Origin: Myxococcota bacterium
Lineage (GTDB): Bacteria > Myxococcota_A > SURF-8 > G963677705
Direction of reading: 5' to 3'
Length of the DNA: 64,000 nucleotides
NCBI GenBank assembly: GCA_963677705.1
Contig: OY782497.1
Coordinates: 4,703,603-4,767,602, forward strand
Part shown: positions 47,704-58,408 of the stretch, piece by piece
How the letters are laid out: each line of letters starts with the position of its first letter
Position numbering within the stretch: position 1 is the stretch's first letter
Program-made: the position numbers and the translations under genes
The notes under the pieces: generated by a model
The model's input: the letters and a program-made list of their open reading frames with translations, nothing else
Told to the model about the DNA's origin: nothing
Databases searched by the model: none

Positions 47704-48720
47704 ATGGTCCAGAGACGAACTCCACAGACTGACAACCAGGAATCCTCGCATTTCCCGGAGCTCGTAACCAGGGATTCACAAATGCGTTCCCTGTTGAACA
47801 TGGCGCGAGTCGTGGCCCAGAGCGATACCAATGTGCTGATTCTTGGTGATTCGGGAACGGGGAAAGAATTGCTGGCTCGCGGCATTCACCGGCTCAGTCA
47901 TCATGCCAACGGTCCCTATCTGGCTGTGAACTGCGCAGCCATCCCTGGTGATCTGCTGGAAGCGGAGTTGTTTGGTTGGGAAAAGGGAGCCTTCAGCGGA
48001 GCCGTGGCTTCCCGCGCCGGTCGCTTCGAGCAAGCCAACCGTGGTTCCCTGCTGCTGGATGAGATCGGTGATATGCCGATGACCTTGCAGGCCAAACTGC
48101 TGCGGGTGTTGCAATCGCGGGAAGTGGACCGCCTGGGCGGCACCGCACCCATCCCCATTGATGCACGGATCATGGCCACCACCCATCGCGATCTACGCAC
48201 GATGGTTGAAGAGGGTGGGTTTCGTGAAGACCTGTTCTACCGCCTGAGTGTGTTTCCCTTGATCCTGCCTCCCCTGAAAGAACGGGTGGGCGATGTGCGG
48301 ATGCTTGCGGAGCATTTTACGCGCCTGTTTGCCAGAGGGCGACCCTTGTCCGAAGGCGCGGCTCGTCGCCTGGAAAGCCATCCCTGGCCGGGAAACGTGC
48401 GCGAACTGGAAAACGTGGTTCGACGTGCCGCCATTCTGGCCTATGAATCCGACCGCATTGAGGAAGAACATATCCAATTGGAAGTCATCAGCCGACCGGT
48501 TGAACCGATGGTGGAAGTGGGGGACACGGTTCACGATATGGAACGCAAATTGATTCTCAAAACTCTGGAAGCCTGCAATGGCAACCGCACGCGGGCCAGT
48601 CGCATGTTGGATATCAGCACGCGCACGCTACGCAACAAACTTAAAGAATATGTGGACAAAACCACCAAGAACAACCCCTGGGAAAACAAGATTCTGGAAC
48701 AGTACGCACAAGGGGCCTAG
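47704..48720 (+). CDS. Sigma54-dependent activator (AAA+ and Fis HTH) lacking an N-terminal regulatory domain
   Basis: GDSGTGKELLA, VNCAAIP, ELFGWEKGAFSGA, LLDEIGDM, FREDLFYRL, WPGNVRELEN, NRTRASRMLDIS. Confidence 0.92.
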   Translation: MVQRRTPQTDNQESSHFPELVTRDSQMRSLLNMARVVAQSDTNVLILGDSGTGKELLARGIHRLSHHANGPYLAVNCAAIPGDLLEAELFGWEKGAFSGAVASRAGRFEQANRGSLLLDEIGDMPMTLQAKLLRVLQSREVDRLGGTAPIPIDARIMATTHRDLRTMVEEGGFREDLFYRLSVFPLILPPLKERVGDVRMLAEHFTRLFARGRPLSEGAARRLESHPWPGNVRELENVVRRAAILAYESDRIEEEHIQLEVISRPVEPMVEVGDTVHDMERKLILKTLEACNGNRTRASRMLDISTRTLRNKLKEYVDKTTKNNPWENKILEQYAQGA

Positions 48721-48750
48721 GGAAACCCAAACCCATAGGAGGGACGATCT

Positions 48751-49122
48751 ATGAAAACGATGTTTGGCAACATAACCCACGGCATGGCGGCGGATCTTGA
48801 ATTCCGTATGCTGCGCCACAACATGCTTTCAGCCAACCTGGCCAACCTGGATACGCCGGGCTTTGTGGCCCAAGACCTGAAGTTCGATCGCGTGGTGCAG
48901 TCGGTCTTTGAAGGGGAATCAATGGACTCCCGCAATGGCAGTACTCCCGGCGTCTCTGCTCAAACCGTGGTCGTTCCCGGCACGCCGGGCGCGGACGGCA
49001 ACAAGGCGGATATGGAAAAAAACATGGGGCTGATGAGTGAAAACGCCCTGAAATATCAGTCGACGGCAAAGTTCCTGAACCGTCACCTGTCCATGTTGAA
49101 ATACGCCATCAACCAGAGGTAA
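48751..49122 (+). CDS. flgB: Flagellar basal-body rod protein
   Basis: LSANLANLDTPGF and DGNKADMEKNM motifs. Confidence 0.9.
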   Translation: MKTMFGNITHGMAADLEFRMLRHNMLSANLANLDTPGFVAQDLKFDRVVQSVFEGESMDSRNGSTPGVSAQTVVVPGTPGADGNKADMEKNMGLMSENALKYQSTAKFLNRHLSMLKYAINQR

Positions 49123-49127
49123 GCATC

Positions 49128-49559
49128 ATGAATCTATTTTCATCCATGAGAATCAGTTCGTCGGGCATGAGCGCTGAACGGCTCCGCGTGAACCTGATTT
49201 CCTCCAACCTCGCCAACGCCAATGTTACACGCGGGGAAGATGGAAAACCCTATAAACGCCTGGATGCCTCGTTCAAGAATCTGCCCACCGGCTTTGATAA
49301 CTTTCTGGACATTGCCACCCAGGATGGCCGTAACGCCGCCCCGGAAGTGGAAGTGGACCAGGTCTACCAGAGTCCGACTTTCAAGCGTGTTTATGAACCC
49401 AGCCATCCCGATGCGGACGCTGAGGGCTATGTAACCATGCCGGACATCAACCCGGTTGAGGAAATGGTGGACATGATTATGGCCAGCCGATCCTACGAAG
49501 CCAACGTCTCTGTGTCTACCACTGCCAAAGGCATGATTAAAGCGGCCTTGAGCCTGTAA
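49128..49559 (+). CDS. flgC: Flagellar basal-body rod protein
   Basis: SGMSAERLRVNLISSNLAN, YEPSHPDAD, EMVDMIMASRSYEAN. Confidence 0.95.
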   Translation: MNLFSSMRISSSGMSAERLRVNLISSNLANANVTRGEDGKPYKRLDASFKNLPTGFDNFLDIATQDGRNAAPEVEVDQVYQSPTFKRVYEPSHPDADAEGYVTMPDINPVEEMVDMIMASRSYEANVSVSTTAKGMIKAALSL

Positions 49560-49577
49560 CGCGATAAGGAGAACACC

Positions 49578-49874
49578 ATGTCCATTCAAGGACTGAGCAA
49601 CCAGAACCCGACCAAGGTGATCAAAGCCTACGAAGACGCCGAACCGAAACAGGGCGTTACCTTTGCCCAGGTTTTCAAAGATGTCACCGGAGAAGCGGCC
49701 AAGGCTCACGCCGAGGCAGAGAAATCCGTGGCGGATTTCGTCGGTGGGGAAAAAGGAAGCGTTCACGAAACCATGATCGCCTTGGACAAGGCAGATATGA
49801 AATTGCGCCTTTTGGTGCAGGTGAAAAACCGCCTGCTGGAAGGCTACCGTGAACTGATGAGAATGCAAGGATAA
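49578..49874 (+). CDS. fliE: Hook-basal body protein
   Basis: VHETMIALDKA...LVQVKNRLLEGYRELMRMQ. Confidence 0.93.
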   Translation: MSIQGLSNQNPTKVIKAYEDAEPKQGVTFAQVFKDVTGEAAKAHAEAEKSVADFVGGEKGSVHETMIALDKADMKLRLLVQVKNRLLEGYRELMRMQG

Positions 49875-49935
49875 GCGACCTGTCGGGGCCGTGTGAAGAA
49901 TGGCTCCATTGCAACCGTAGTCAGGGAGAAGCACC

Positions 49936-51540
49936 GTGGACCTGAAAACGCTACAGAACCAAAAGAGCGTCCAGGAGATGAAGAAACTTCTGGATACCTT
50001 GGACACCAGGCAGAAAATTGGAATCAGCGCCGGAATCCTCTCCGTGTTCGGCTTTTTGATGTACCTGATTTTTGCCAGCAGTGGTGAGGCATATGTGCCC
50101 TTGTTCTCCAGTGTGAACGAGGAAGATGCCGCCCGTGTGGTGGATACGCTGAAGGAAGACAAGGTTCCTTACAAACTATCCAGCAGGGGGAAGATTCTGG
50201 TTCCAAGCAGCATGGTCAACGAACTTCGTCTGCGCATGGCCAGCAGTGGCGCGTTGCAGGGCGGGCCGGGCTTTGAACTGTTTGATACCAAGAACTTCGG
50301 CATCAGCGATTTCGTGCAGAACGTCAACTTCCGCCGAGCTTTGCAAGGGGAGTTGGGGCGGACAATTGCCAGCTTGGATGTTATTGAAAAAGCCCGTGTG
50401 ATGTTGGTGATCCCCAAGAAGCGGGTTTTTCTGGACGAGCGTGTTCCTCCTTCGGCCAGTGTGGCTCTGCGCTTGAAAATGGGTTCCACTCTGAGCCCGG
50501 ACCAGGTGCATGGCATTGTGGGGCTTGTGTCCAGTTCGGTGGAAGGCTTGGAAACTCACCGCGTGACCATCGTCAACCAACGGGGCGTTTTGCTGGCCGG
50601 TGGCGATGTCGATAAAAACGGAGCCGAAGCTTCGACCGATGAAGTGCTGACCTTGCAGCAGGAAGTTGAACGCAAACTGGAACGCAAGGTTGAAGATGTT
50701 CTCCAGCGTATTGTCGGACCGGGGCGTGTGGTTGCTCGGATCACCGCGCAGATTGACGTGCGCAAAGAGCAGCGCAAGGAGCAGAGCTTTGACCCGGACC
50801 AGATTGTTGTCACCAGCGAGCGCCGGACCCGTGAAAGTCGCATGGAACCCAATCGTACCGGTATTCCCGGCTCACAAGGCAACCAACCGGGGGTTGTGGC
50901 TGTCAGTACCAACCAGGAACCGGCATCCAACATGATGCGTGAGAATGACCAGATCAACTACGATACCAACCGTGTGGAAAGCAACATCACGACGATGGTG
51001 ACGGATCTGGAACATTTAAGTGTCGCCGTGTTGATTGATGATGCGTTGGTAGAAGATGAAAGCGGCGAGATGGTCTTCAAGCCGCGTACCAAGGAAGAAA
51101 TGGAACGTCTGACGTCCCTGGTGGAGCAAGCCGTCGGTTTCCGCGCCATTCGTGGTGACAAGGTCAAGGTGGTGAACGTCCGTTTCAACGATGATCTTCT
51201 GGGAGCGGAAGGCGTAGCACCTTGGGCGGCGTATGTGGATGTAGCGGCACAGTATTTCCTTCCCTTGGCGATTATTGCCGTGCTGTTTTTCGCGATGCGT
51301 CCATTGATTAGCAGCATCAGCAAGCGGATTTCTCCTGAAGAAGAGCCGGAGGAAGAAGAAGAAGAGCGAGAACTCACCGAAGAAGAACTTCGTAAGAAGA
51401 TGGAAGATGAGTTGGCGGCTCACAAGGGACATCTGTCCCAAGAAGTGGAAGAAAACAAGCGAGCGATTGCTCATATCGCCAGTAACGATGTCGACATTAT
51501 TATCCATACGGTGAAAAAATGGCTAGCGCAGAGCAGATGA
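49936..51540 (+). CDS. fliF: MS-ring protein
   Basis: Two TM segments, GFELFD, RALQGELGRTI, ARVMLVIP, PSASVAL. GTG start. Confidence 0.95.
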   Translation: MDLKTLQNQKSVQEMKKLLDTLDTRQKIGISAGILSVFGFLMYLIFASSGEAYVPLFSSVNEEDAARVVDTLKEDKVPYKLSSRGKILVPSSMVNELRLRMASSGALQGGPGFELFDTKNFGISDFVQNVNFRRALQGELGRTIASLDVIEKARVMLVIPKKRVFLDERVPPSASVALRLKMGSTLSPDQVHGIVGLVSSSVEGLETHRVTIVNQRGVLLAGGDVDKNGAEASTDEVLTLQQEVERKLERKVEDVLQRIVGPGRVVARITAQIDVRKEQRKEQSFDPDQIVVTSERRTRESRMEPNRTGIPGSQGNQPGVVAVSTNQEPASNMMRENDQINYDTNRVESNITTMVTDLEHLSVAVLIDDALVEDESGEMVFKPRTKEEMERLTSLVEQAVGFRAIRGDKVKVVNVRFNDDLLGAEGVAPWAAYVDVAAQYFLPLAIIAVLFFAMRPLISSISKRISPEEEPEEEEEERELTEEELRKKMEDELAAHKGHLSQEVEENKRAIAHIASNDVDIIIHTVKKWLAQSR

Positions 51541-52583
51541 TACAAGAGGCCGCAGCGGCCATGTCGGGTGGTGCCAAAGGTGAAGGCGGCGGCGAGTCGA
51601 TGAGCTACGCTCAGAAGGCGTTGATCGTAATGCTCGCCCTCCAAGAAGATCAGGCTACCGAACTATTCAAAGCCTTGTCGGACCGGGAAATTCGGCAGCT
51701 TTCCGCAGAGATTGGCCGCTTACGGTCACTCAACGTGGAAACGATCAACGAAGCCTTGGAAGACTTCATCATGGAAGCGGCGCAGCAAGATGGCAGCATC
51801 GCCCGTGGAGAGCAGTGGCTCCGTGCGGTGATCGAGCGTGCTATTGGCCCGACCAAAGCCAAATTGCTTTTGAAGAACATGGCCGCTCATCAGAAGTTTG
51901 AAGAGCTCGCCTCCTACGACTTGAAAGCGTTGGTGCATATTATCCGTCGTGAACACAGCCAGACCCAGGCTGTGATCTTGGCGCATATCCCGCAGGAAAA
52001 ATCCGCAGGAATTCTGGAGCAACTTCCTGAAGACGAGCAGGCCGAGGTGATCTATCGGATTGCCACCTTGGACCCGGTTCCTCCGGAAGTGGTGATGGAG
52101 ATCGAAGAAACCCTGTCGCGTGAAGTGCAGGCCTTTGGTAGCCAGAAGACCAGCGAGGTGGGTGGCGTGAAGCCGGTGGTCGATATCCTGAACATGATGG
52201 ATAAAAGCACGGAAGGTCGTGTGCTCAATGAAATTGAGGCCATTGATTCTCAGCTTGCCGAAGAAATCCGCGAGAAGATGTTCGTCTTCGAGGATCTGCT
52301 GCTTCTGGACGATGCCGCGATTCAGATTCTGCTGCGCGAGATCGACAGTAACACTCTGGTGCTTGCTCTTCGTACCAGCCAGGACGACATTCGCGACAAG
52401 ATTCTCAACAATATGTCCAAGCGTGCAGCCCAGATGATTATGGACGATCTGGAAGATATGGGACCGGTGAAGATGCGCGAAGTGGAAGCCGCTCAAACCG
52501 CCATTGTCCGTGCTGCAATGTCCCTCGCGGAAAGTGGCCAGATCGAGATTTCCTTCGGCGGAGATGGAGATGCCTATGTCTAA
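51519..52583 (+). CDS. fliG: Motor switch protein
   Basis: EHSQTQAVIL, GGVKPVVDILN, MFVFEDL, NMSKRAA, EVEAAQ. Confidence 0.95.
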   Translation: MASAEQMIQEAAAAMSGGAKGEGGGESMSYAQKALIVMLALQEDQATELFKALSDREIRQLSAEIGRLRSLNVETINEALEDFIMEAAQQDGSIARGEQWLRAVIERAIGPTKAKLLLKNMAAHQKFEELASYDLKALVHIIRREHSQTQAVILAHIPQEKSAGILEQLPEDEQAEVIYRIATLDPVPPEVVMEIEETLSREVQAFGSQKTSEVGGVKPVVDILNMMDKSTEGRVLNEIEAIDSQLAEEIREKMFVFEDLLLLDDAAIQILLREIDSNTLVLALRTSQDDIRDKILNNMSKRAAQMIMDDLEDMGPVKMREVEAAQTAIVRAAMSLAESGQIEISFGGDGDAYV

Positions 52584-53427
52584 TAGTGTTATCCGACATG
52601 ACAGAGAAGATTACGACACCGTGGTTGAAATGATGTTTTCTGAAACCGGTCCCATGCCGGAAAAGCCCGATGTCTATGGCCGAAACCTTCACGACCTGAC
52701 CAACCCGCGTAATCAACAGGAGCCGCAGGCTTTATCCGACGCCGCAACGCATCCTGATGAGACTCATTCCGGTATGGAAACAAGCTTGGAAGATATGGAA
52801 TCGGCCCAGGACGGATTAGAGACGGCATCGGATGACAGCCGTGAGGATCAAGACCCGCAGGAAGCTTCCATTAGCCAAGAGGTCACCCAGGCCGACGTGC
52901 CTCTTCCTCTCCCGGAGGAGGTGCCCGACTTTCGTGACCTTGTACAGACGGCCTACGATCTGGGGTTTCGCGAAGCGACCGAGCAACAACAGGCACGTAT
53001 CGACCCTCTGGTTGAACGCTTGAAAGATGGGATCGACAAACTGAATCTGTTCAGCCGCCACCTGGTGGACCGTGCCCGCAGCGAGACGGTGGATATTGCC
53101 GTGGCCTTGGCCGAGCATCTTCTCCAAGACCATATTATGGCCAATCCCTCGGTGCTGCTTCGTCAAGCCCGCGGGGAGATCGAACAGCTTCGCGGACGGG
53201 AAGAGATTGTGATCCGACTTCACCCTGAGTTGTATGAGTCTTTTGAAGGCTTGGTGAAGAGCATCAACCAGGAAACTCCCGGTCTGGCAACGATCCTCTT
53301 GCAACGTGATCCCAAGTTGGAAGCCGCCGGATGCGTGATTGATACGGACATGGAGCAGATCGACCTGACCTGGTCTTCCCGCTTGCAGCAGTTGCTCAAC
53401 GGCGGAGAAACCGAGGAAACGCCATGA
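52576..53427 (+). CDS. fliH: Flagellar export protein
   Basis: AYDLGFREA, IVIRLHPE, DPKLEAAGCVIDT, plus synteny. Confidence 0.85.
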   Translation: MSNSVIRHDREDYDTVVEMMFSETGPMPEKPDVYGRNLHDLTNPRNQQEPQALSDAATHPDETHSGMETSLEDMESAQDGLETASDDSREDQDPQEASISQEVTQADVPLPLPEEVPDFRDLVQTAYDLGFREATEQQQARIDPLVERLKDGIDKLNLFSRHLVDRARSETVDIAVALAEHLLQDHIMANPSVLLRQARGEIEQLRGREEIVIRLHPELYESFEGLVKSINQETPGLATILLQRDPKLEAAGCVIDTDMEQIDLTWSSRLQQLLNGGETEETP

Positions 53428-54755
53428 ACCTGGAGCCTCTCTTCCAGACCAGGCCGGACAGGCCCCTTCAGGCTGGACGCCCCATTTCCCGAAAAGGAAA
53501 AATCCAGCGTGTGGTGGGAACGCTGCTTTCCGGCTACGTGCCACGAGCGATGATCGGCTCTTTGTGTCGCATTCATCCTGCCGATGGTCGGGATTCCATC
53601 TTGGCGGAAGTGGTGGGGTTTCAAAACCAGCAGACCTTCCTCATGGCATTTGGCTCGGTGCGTGGCATTGCTCCGGGTAGCATCATCGAAGTGTTGAATT
53701 TCCGTACCACCTTGCCGGTATGCGATGCCATGCTGGGTCGTGTGGTCAACGGTCTGGGCGATCCCATCGACGGAGGGCCGCCTTTGACCGCGACAGATGA
53801 AGTCTTTCTCTATGAACAACCGGCCAACCCGCTTTCCCGTGGGATGATTGACGAGCCGGTCGATGTGGGTATCCGCTCGGTCAATGCCCTGCTTTCCATT
53901 GGACGTGGGCAACGCCTGTGCATCATGGCCGGTAGTGGTGTCGGTAAGAGCGTTCTTCTGGGTAGCATGGCCCGGTTTGCCAAAGCCGATGTCAAAGTGG
54001 TGGCCCTGATTGGTGAGCGTGGGCGTGAAGTGAAGGAATTTGTTCATCGCTTTATGAGTGAAGACAATCCCAACACCATTGTGGTCAGTGCCACCAGCGA
54101 TGATCCTCCCTTGCTGCGTATGCGTGCGGCCTTTGTCGCCACCGCCATTTCCGAATATTTCAGCCAGCGTGGCAAGAACGTCTTGTTATTGATGGACAGC
54201 CTGACCCGTTTCGCAATGGCTCAGCGGGAAATCGGCTTGGCTGTTGGGGAACCGCCAACCACCAAAGGCTATACGCCGTCCATTTTCAGTATTCTTCCTT
54301 CTCTGGTGGAACGGGCGGGAACCTGGCAAGGGCGGGGGAGCATTACCGCTTTGTACTCCGTGTTGGTGGAAGGCGATGATTTGCAAGATCCCATCGGCGA
54401 TTCCGTGCGCAGCCTGGTTGATGGTCATATCGTGTTGAGCCGCGAATTGGCCAGCCGGAATCAATATCCTGCCATTGACATCTTAGGCAGTCTGTCGCGA
54501 AACATGGTGGAGATTGTCTCCGAAGATCATCAGAACGCAGCCGGTACCTTCAGGGATCTCCTGGCGGAATACCGCAAGGTGGAAGACCTTGTGCGCATTG
54601 GTGCCTACAAGAAAGGAGCGGACCCCAAGGCGGACCGCAGTGTGAAGATGATTGGCGCCTTGCAGGACTTTCTCCGACAAAAGCCCCATGAGTATCGCTC
54701 CTTTGATGAGTCCAACGCGACGCTTCAGGCACTTGTCAGTGAGGGGCAGGGATGA
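53424..54755 (+). CDS. fliI: Flagellar export ATPase
   Basis: AGSGVGKS, ALIGERGREV, LMDSLTRFAMAQREIG, YPAID. Confidence 0.96.
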   Translation: MNLEPLFQTRPDRPLQAGRPISRKGKIQRVVGTLLSGYVPRAMIGSLCRIHPADGRDSILAEVVGFQNQQTFLMAFGSVRGIAPGSIIEVLNFRTTLPVCDAMLGRVVNGLGDPIDGGPPLTATDEVFLYEQPANPLSRGMIDEPVDVGIRSVNALLSIGRGQRLCIMAGSGVGKSVLLGSMARFAKADVKVVALIGERGREVKEFVHRFMSEDNPNTIVVSATSDDPPLLRMRAAFVATAISEYFSQRGKNVLLLMDSLTRFAMAQREIGLAVGEPPTTKGYTPSIFSILPSLVERAGTWQGRGSITALYSVLVEGDDLQDPIGDSVRSLVDGHIVLSRELASRNQYPAIDILGSLSRNMVEIVSEDHQNAAGTFRDLLAEYRKVEDLVRIGAYKKGADPKADRSVKMIGALQDFLRQKPHEYRSFDESNATLQALVSEGQG

Positions 54756-55025
54756 AACGATTGCCGTTCAAGATTCACCGATCGGTGCCGATCCTATTTC
54801 CAGACGGCAAGCCACGGCGGCTTGGCGGAGTTGAAAAACGAGGAGACAGACCCGGATTACGCTGGGTCAGCCGGTTCATAGGAAGAGCAGGGAAACGCTC
54901 TGGTCCTCATGCTCCGAGGCAATCCTCAAACACAAACTGTAGACATGTCATCCAGGCGCAGGCCGTATCGTCTTGTGCAGTGCTGGACATGTCAAGCATT
55001 CGAGTTGAAGACAAGGGGGTCTTCC

Positions 55026-55661
55026 ATGTCTAAAATCCTATTTCTGATGGTCACAACAACCCTGGCTGTGGGTGTGATTCTTGGTATGCCCTTTGAAGAA
55101 CAGCTCAAAGCCATTGGGGCCAAAGATGAAGATCGGGTCGAGCAGAATGCTCCCGTTGAAGGTGGAGCCAATCCTCCTCAGCCTGCGCCGCCCCAGATGG
55201 AAGAGCGCAATTTCTTTCCGAAATCCAAAGGGAAAACGCAAGGAACCGCCAATCAAGATCCAACAATGGCGGCCCTGGAGCAAGGCGTGCGTGAGAAGCA
55301 GATGAAAGACCAGCTTGCCGAAGCGAAGCGTGAAGTGTTGGAGCATCTGGCCGAGGCCAAGTCTCTGCATGAGAGCGTGAATGACATGCTGAAAAAAGAG
55401 AAGGACAAGCAAGACATCTCCAAACGTAAAAGCTTCAAGCAGCTCAATGACATCGTCAGTGGGATGAAACCCAAACAGGCCGCTCAGTTGTTTGAAGCCT
55501 TGGATGAAAATCTGGCCGTGGACCTTTTGGCCAGCATGAAAACCCGAAAGGCGTCCAAAATCATTTCTGCTCTGCCGGCGGAAAAAAGTGCGCGCCTTTC
55601 CAAGTCTTTGTTGACCCGGAACCTGTCGGACCTCACGCCCGACAAGGCTCTCCCAAACTAA
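55026..55661 (+). CDS. MotE/FlbB/YlxF-like flagellar protein (MgtE N-terminal-like repeat)
   Basis: N-terminal TM, coiled coil, and GMKPKQAAQLF...MKTRKASKII. Confidence 0.78.
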   Translation: MSKILFLMVTTTLAVGVILGMPFEEQLKAIGAKDEDRVEQNAPVEGGANPPQPAPPQMEERNFFPKSKGKTQGTANQDPTMAALEQGVREKQMKDQLAEAKREVLEHLAEAKSLHESVNDMLKKEKDKQDISKRKSFKQLNDIVSGMKPKQAAQLFEALDENLAVDLLASMKTRKASKIISALPAEKSARLSKSLLTRNLSDLTPDKALPN

Positions 55662-55679
55662 GTTGAAAGGAGGTTCCCC

Positions 55680-57224
55680 GTGGATGTAAGCATGGCTCCC
55701 TTTCTGATGGAGCCGATGAGCCACGAAACGGAGTCTCCGGCCCAAAGCCCGCCGGATTGGCAGGTTCATGATTCCTTTGAACGGGAACTGGATCAGGTGG
55801 ACCGTAAGCAGGAGAAAGGCTCCGTAGAGGATTATGCAAGCCATGATCCCGATGAGAATCAAGCAACCGATCAGGCGGTGTCCGCAAGGGAGGATGAAGA
55901 AAGGTACTCCGCCGAGCATGAAACCGACAACCCTTTAGATGATGAACACGACGATTCATACAGCGAGTCTCTTGATAAGCACGCCCCGTTGGAAGACCCG
56001 ATGGAACGGGCTTGGGATCGTCGGCAACAAGCCAGGGATCGCGCCCTGGAGGCACGGGAGCAGGCACGCTCCAACCGAGTAGAATCCACATCCTTTCTGG
56101 TCGCTGGGGCTGGACGAGACGGGCTTGCCGCAACGATGGCACAGCTTGTTTCTTCTACGCAACACGGGGGAAGGTCAAGTTCCTTGTCCAAAGCCTGGCA
56201 AGGGAATCAGCAAACCAAGCTTATGCAGCCTGTCGTAGAAGCCGCAGCTGGGAAGACCTCTGTTGAAGATCGTTTACAGAGCTTGTTGACCAGCTTGCAG
56301 AATCCTCGGACCTTCCAGTCCAAACCCTTGCATGTTGAAAAGCCATTGCCCTTCCATGACGCGGCGCTGAAGCCCTCGGTAGGAGGGAAGACTGCGCATC
56401 TGGAGAAGCCGATTCACAGCGTCGAGGGTACGAAACCTCCCTCTACGTTGAATGAAAGCGCTCAGGTTGATGTCAACCGTGAGCTTCACGTCCCGAAGGT
56501 TGCTCAGAGTAAGGCAGATGCCGCAGGTCGTCAGACCCAAGGCGCCGAAGGCTCTGACCGCCAGAATCAGGATCGTGTACCAACCACTCCGGGAGAGAAG
56601 TCTCAGACCAGCACTCAGCGTGAGTTGCAGGCCAGAGAAGCCAAGGCGGCGGCTAACCGTGTTGAGTTGGAGGGCCAGGATCGACAAACAGGAACACGGA
56701 AAGCATCTACGGCCAAACGCTTCGGAACCGAGATGGATCTGGCCCAAGGGGTGACCGGTAGCAAAAGTACCGCGACCAATGCCTCTTTGGGGAGTCAGGC
56801 TCTTTCTCGCTCGGTGGTGGTTAGCCGCATTCCGGAGCAGGTCAGTCAGATGATGGAGCAGGGCCAGAATAAGCTGGAACTTCGTCTGGACCCGCCGCAC
56901 CTGGGAAAACTGAATGTCTCGATTTCCCGCCAGGCCGATCATGTCGCGGTGAAGCTGGTGGTGCAGACCCAACACGCAGGGGACGCACTGAAGTCCATGC
57001 AATCGGAAATGTTGCAGAAGCTGGGTCTGGAAATCAACGATGCGGTGGAATTGTCTATCCATGTTGAAAGCCAGGCCAATCAGGGAGACGGAGGCTACGC
57101 ACAGCATCAGACCTTTGAAGAGGATGACGCGCCCAGCCAATCCGTAAGCCGTGTTCGTTCCCGACGTTCCTCAACCCAAACCGGCTCCGTCCATGATGGC
57201 GCGGGCTTGCATCTGATCGCCTGA
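55680..57224 (+). CDS. fliK: Hook-length control protein
   Basis: Low-complexity N-terminus and C-terminal [15 protein letters not shown], located before flgD. Confidence 0.88.
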   Translation: MDVSMAPFLMEPMSHETESPAQSPPDWQVHDSFERELDQVDRKQEKGSVEDYASHDPDENQATDQAVSAREDEERYSAEHETDNPLDDEHDDSYSESLDKHAPLEDPMERAWDRRQQARDRALEAREQARSNRVESTSFLVAGAGRDGLAATMAQLVSSTQHGGRSSSLSKAWQGNQQTKLMQPVVEAAAGKTSVEDRLQSLLTSLQNPRTFQSKPLHVEKPLPFHDAALKPSVGGKTAHLEKPIHSVEGTKPPSTLNESAQVDVNRELHVPKVAQSKADAAGRQTQGAEGSDRQNQDRVPTTPGEKSQTSTQRELQAREAKAAANRVELEGQDRQTGTRKASTAKRFGTEMDLAQGVTGSKSTATNASLGSQALSRSVVVSRIPEQVSQMMEQGQNKLELRLDPPHLGKLNVSISRQADHVAVKLVVQTQHAGDALKSMQSEMLQKLGLEINDAVELSIHVESQANQGDGGYAQHQTFEEDDAPSQSVSRVRSRRSSTQTGSVHDGAGLHLIA

Positions 57225-57243
57225 GCGGTCCGGGAGAAAAACG

Positions 57244-58035
57244 ATGTTCATTAATGCAACCGATTCGAGTTCCATTCCCACCACGGATGGCTCGTCTACG
57301 ACAGAGATGGGCAAAGACCAGTTCCTGGAGCTGTTTATTGCCCAACTGGAAAATCAAGACCCTTTGAACCCTACGGAAAACGAAGAGTTCGTCGCACAGT
57401 TGGCCCAGTTCTCGGCCTTGGAGCAATCCATCGCGCAGAATGAAAACCTGCAAACCCTGATCATGACCGAATACGCCCAGGTCAAGGCCGGTACCGTGTC
57501 CTACATCGGAAAGGAAATCCAGGCGGCTGGTGATTGGGTGAATTATGAAAAAGGAACTGAGGCGTCCATGAATTTCGAGTTGCTGGGGGACGCCGAAGAG
57601 GTGACGGTCAGCATCTATGATGAAGATGGAAACCTCGTCCGGGAGATGGACCTGGCAGACCAGACCCACGGAACGGTGAGTTTCACCTGGGATGGCAAGG
57701 ATAAAAACAACTCTCCGATGGCCAGTGGACGATATACCTATGAAGTTTCCGCAAAAGATGCCGATGATAATAAAGTAGAGGCCATTCCCTTGGTGACGGG
57801 TGTGGTAACCGGTGTCGATTTTAGTGAGGAAAATCCCATGCTGATGATTGGAGACGAAGCAGTGAGCATAGCCGATGTCATTGCCGTCCTCAATGCCGAT
57901 GGAACGAAAAGCGACCCGGACGAGATCACCACAGCATCCAACGGAACGAGCGAAACAGATACCCTGATGCTTGGACCCAATGGAATCAGTACCCAGAACT
58001 GGTTGAATGTAACCAACCCCTTCTTGGAGGGATGA
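57244..58035 (+). CDS. flgD: Hook capping protein
   Basis: [22 protein letters not shown]...[10 protein letters not shown] and FTWDGKD. Confidence 0.95.
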   Translation: MFINATDSSSIPTTDGSSTTEMGKDQFLELFIAQLENQDPLNPTENEEFVAQLAQFSALEQSIAQNENLQTLIMTEYAQVKAGTVSYIGKEIQAAGDWVNYEKGTEASMNFELLGDAEEVTVSIYDEDGNLVREMDLADQTHGTVSFTWDGKDKNNSPMASGRYTYEVSAKDADDNKVEAIPLVTGVVTGVDFSEENPMLMIGDEAVSIADVIAVLNADGTKSDPDEITTASNGTSETDTLMLGPNGISTQNWLNVTNPFLEG

Positions 58036-58036
58036 G

Positions 58037-58408
58037 ATGAAAATCCAGTCCACCCGACCGTTAAAGATCGTCGAGCCATCACCTCAACAAACGGAGGCGC
58101 CCGCCAAGTCGGAGGGTAGCTTTGATTCGGTGATGGTCGAAGAGCTTTCGCGCAATGGGGTGGAAGTGTCCAAACATGCTGCCAAGCGGATCAAAAGCCG
58201 CCAGATCGAATTCTCGGAAGACGAGGCGAAACGTATCGGTCATGGGATGCAGCTGGCCACCCAGAAGGGGGCTCGTGAAGCCTTGCTGTTGTTGCAGGAC
58301 AAAGCCCTGATTGTGGATGTTCGCAACCGCAAGGTGGTGACTGCGTTGGACAGGGATGCCTTGAAAGAAAAGATTGTGACCAATATTGACAGCACCCTGC
58401 TGTTGTAA
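58037..58408 (+). CDS. Flagellar operon protein (TIGR02530-like)
   Basis: SKHAAKRIKSR...ALIVDVRNRKVVTA...TNIDS, between flgD and flgE. Confidence 0.88.
   Translation: MKIQSTRPLKIVEPSPQQTEAPAKSEGSFDSVMVEELSRNGVEVSKHAAKRIKSRQIEFSEDEAKRIGHGMQLATQKGAREALLLLQDKALIVDVRNRKVVTALDRDALKEKIVTNIDSTLLL

Noticed and set aside
45187-48720. Idea that the TPR protein is the missing regulatory partner of the receiver-less activator
   Set aside because: The TPR protein has a cleavable signal peptide and is probably periplasmic, so direct contact with a cytoplasmic activator is unlikely.
54753-54881. 41 open codons after the fliI TGA stop (possible Sec read-through)
   Set aside because: FliI is already full length, no SECIS is evident, and an open run of this length is common by chance in GC-rich DNA.
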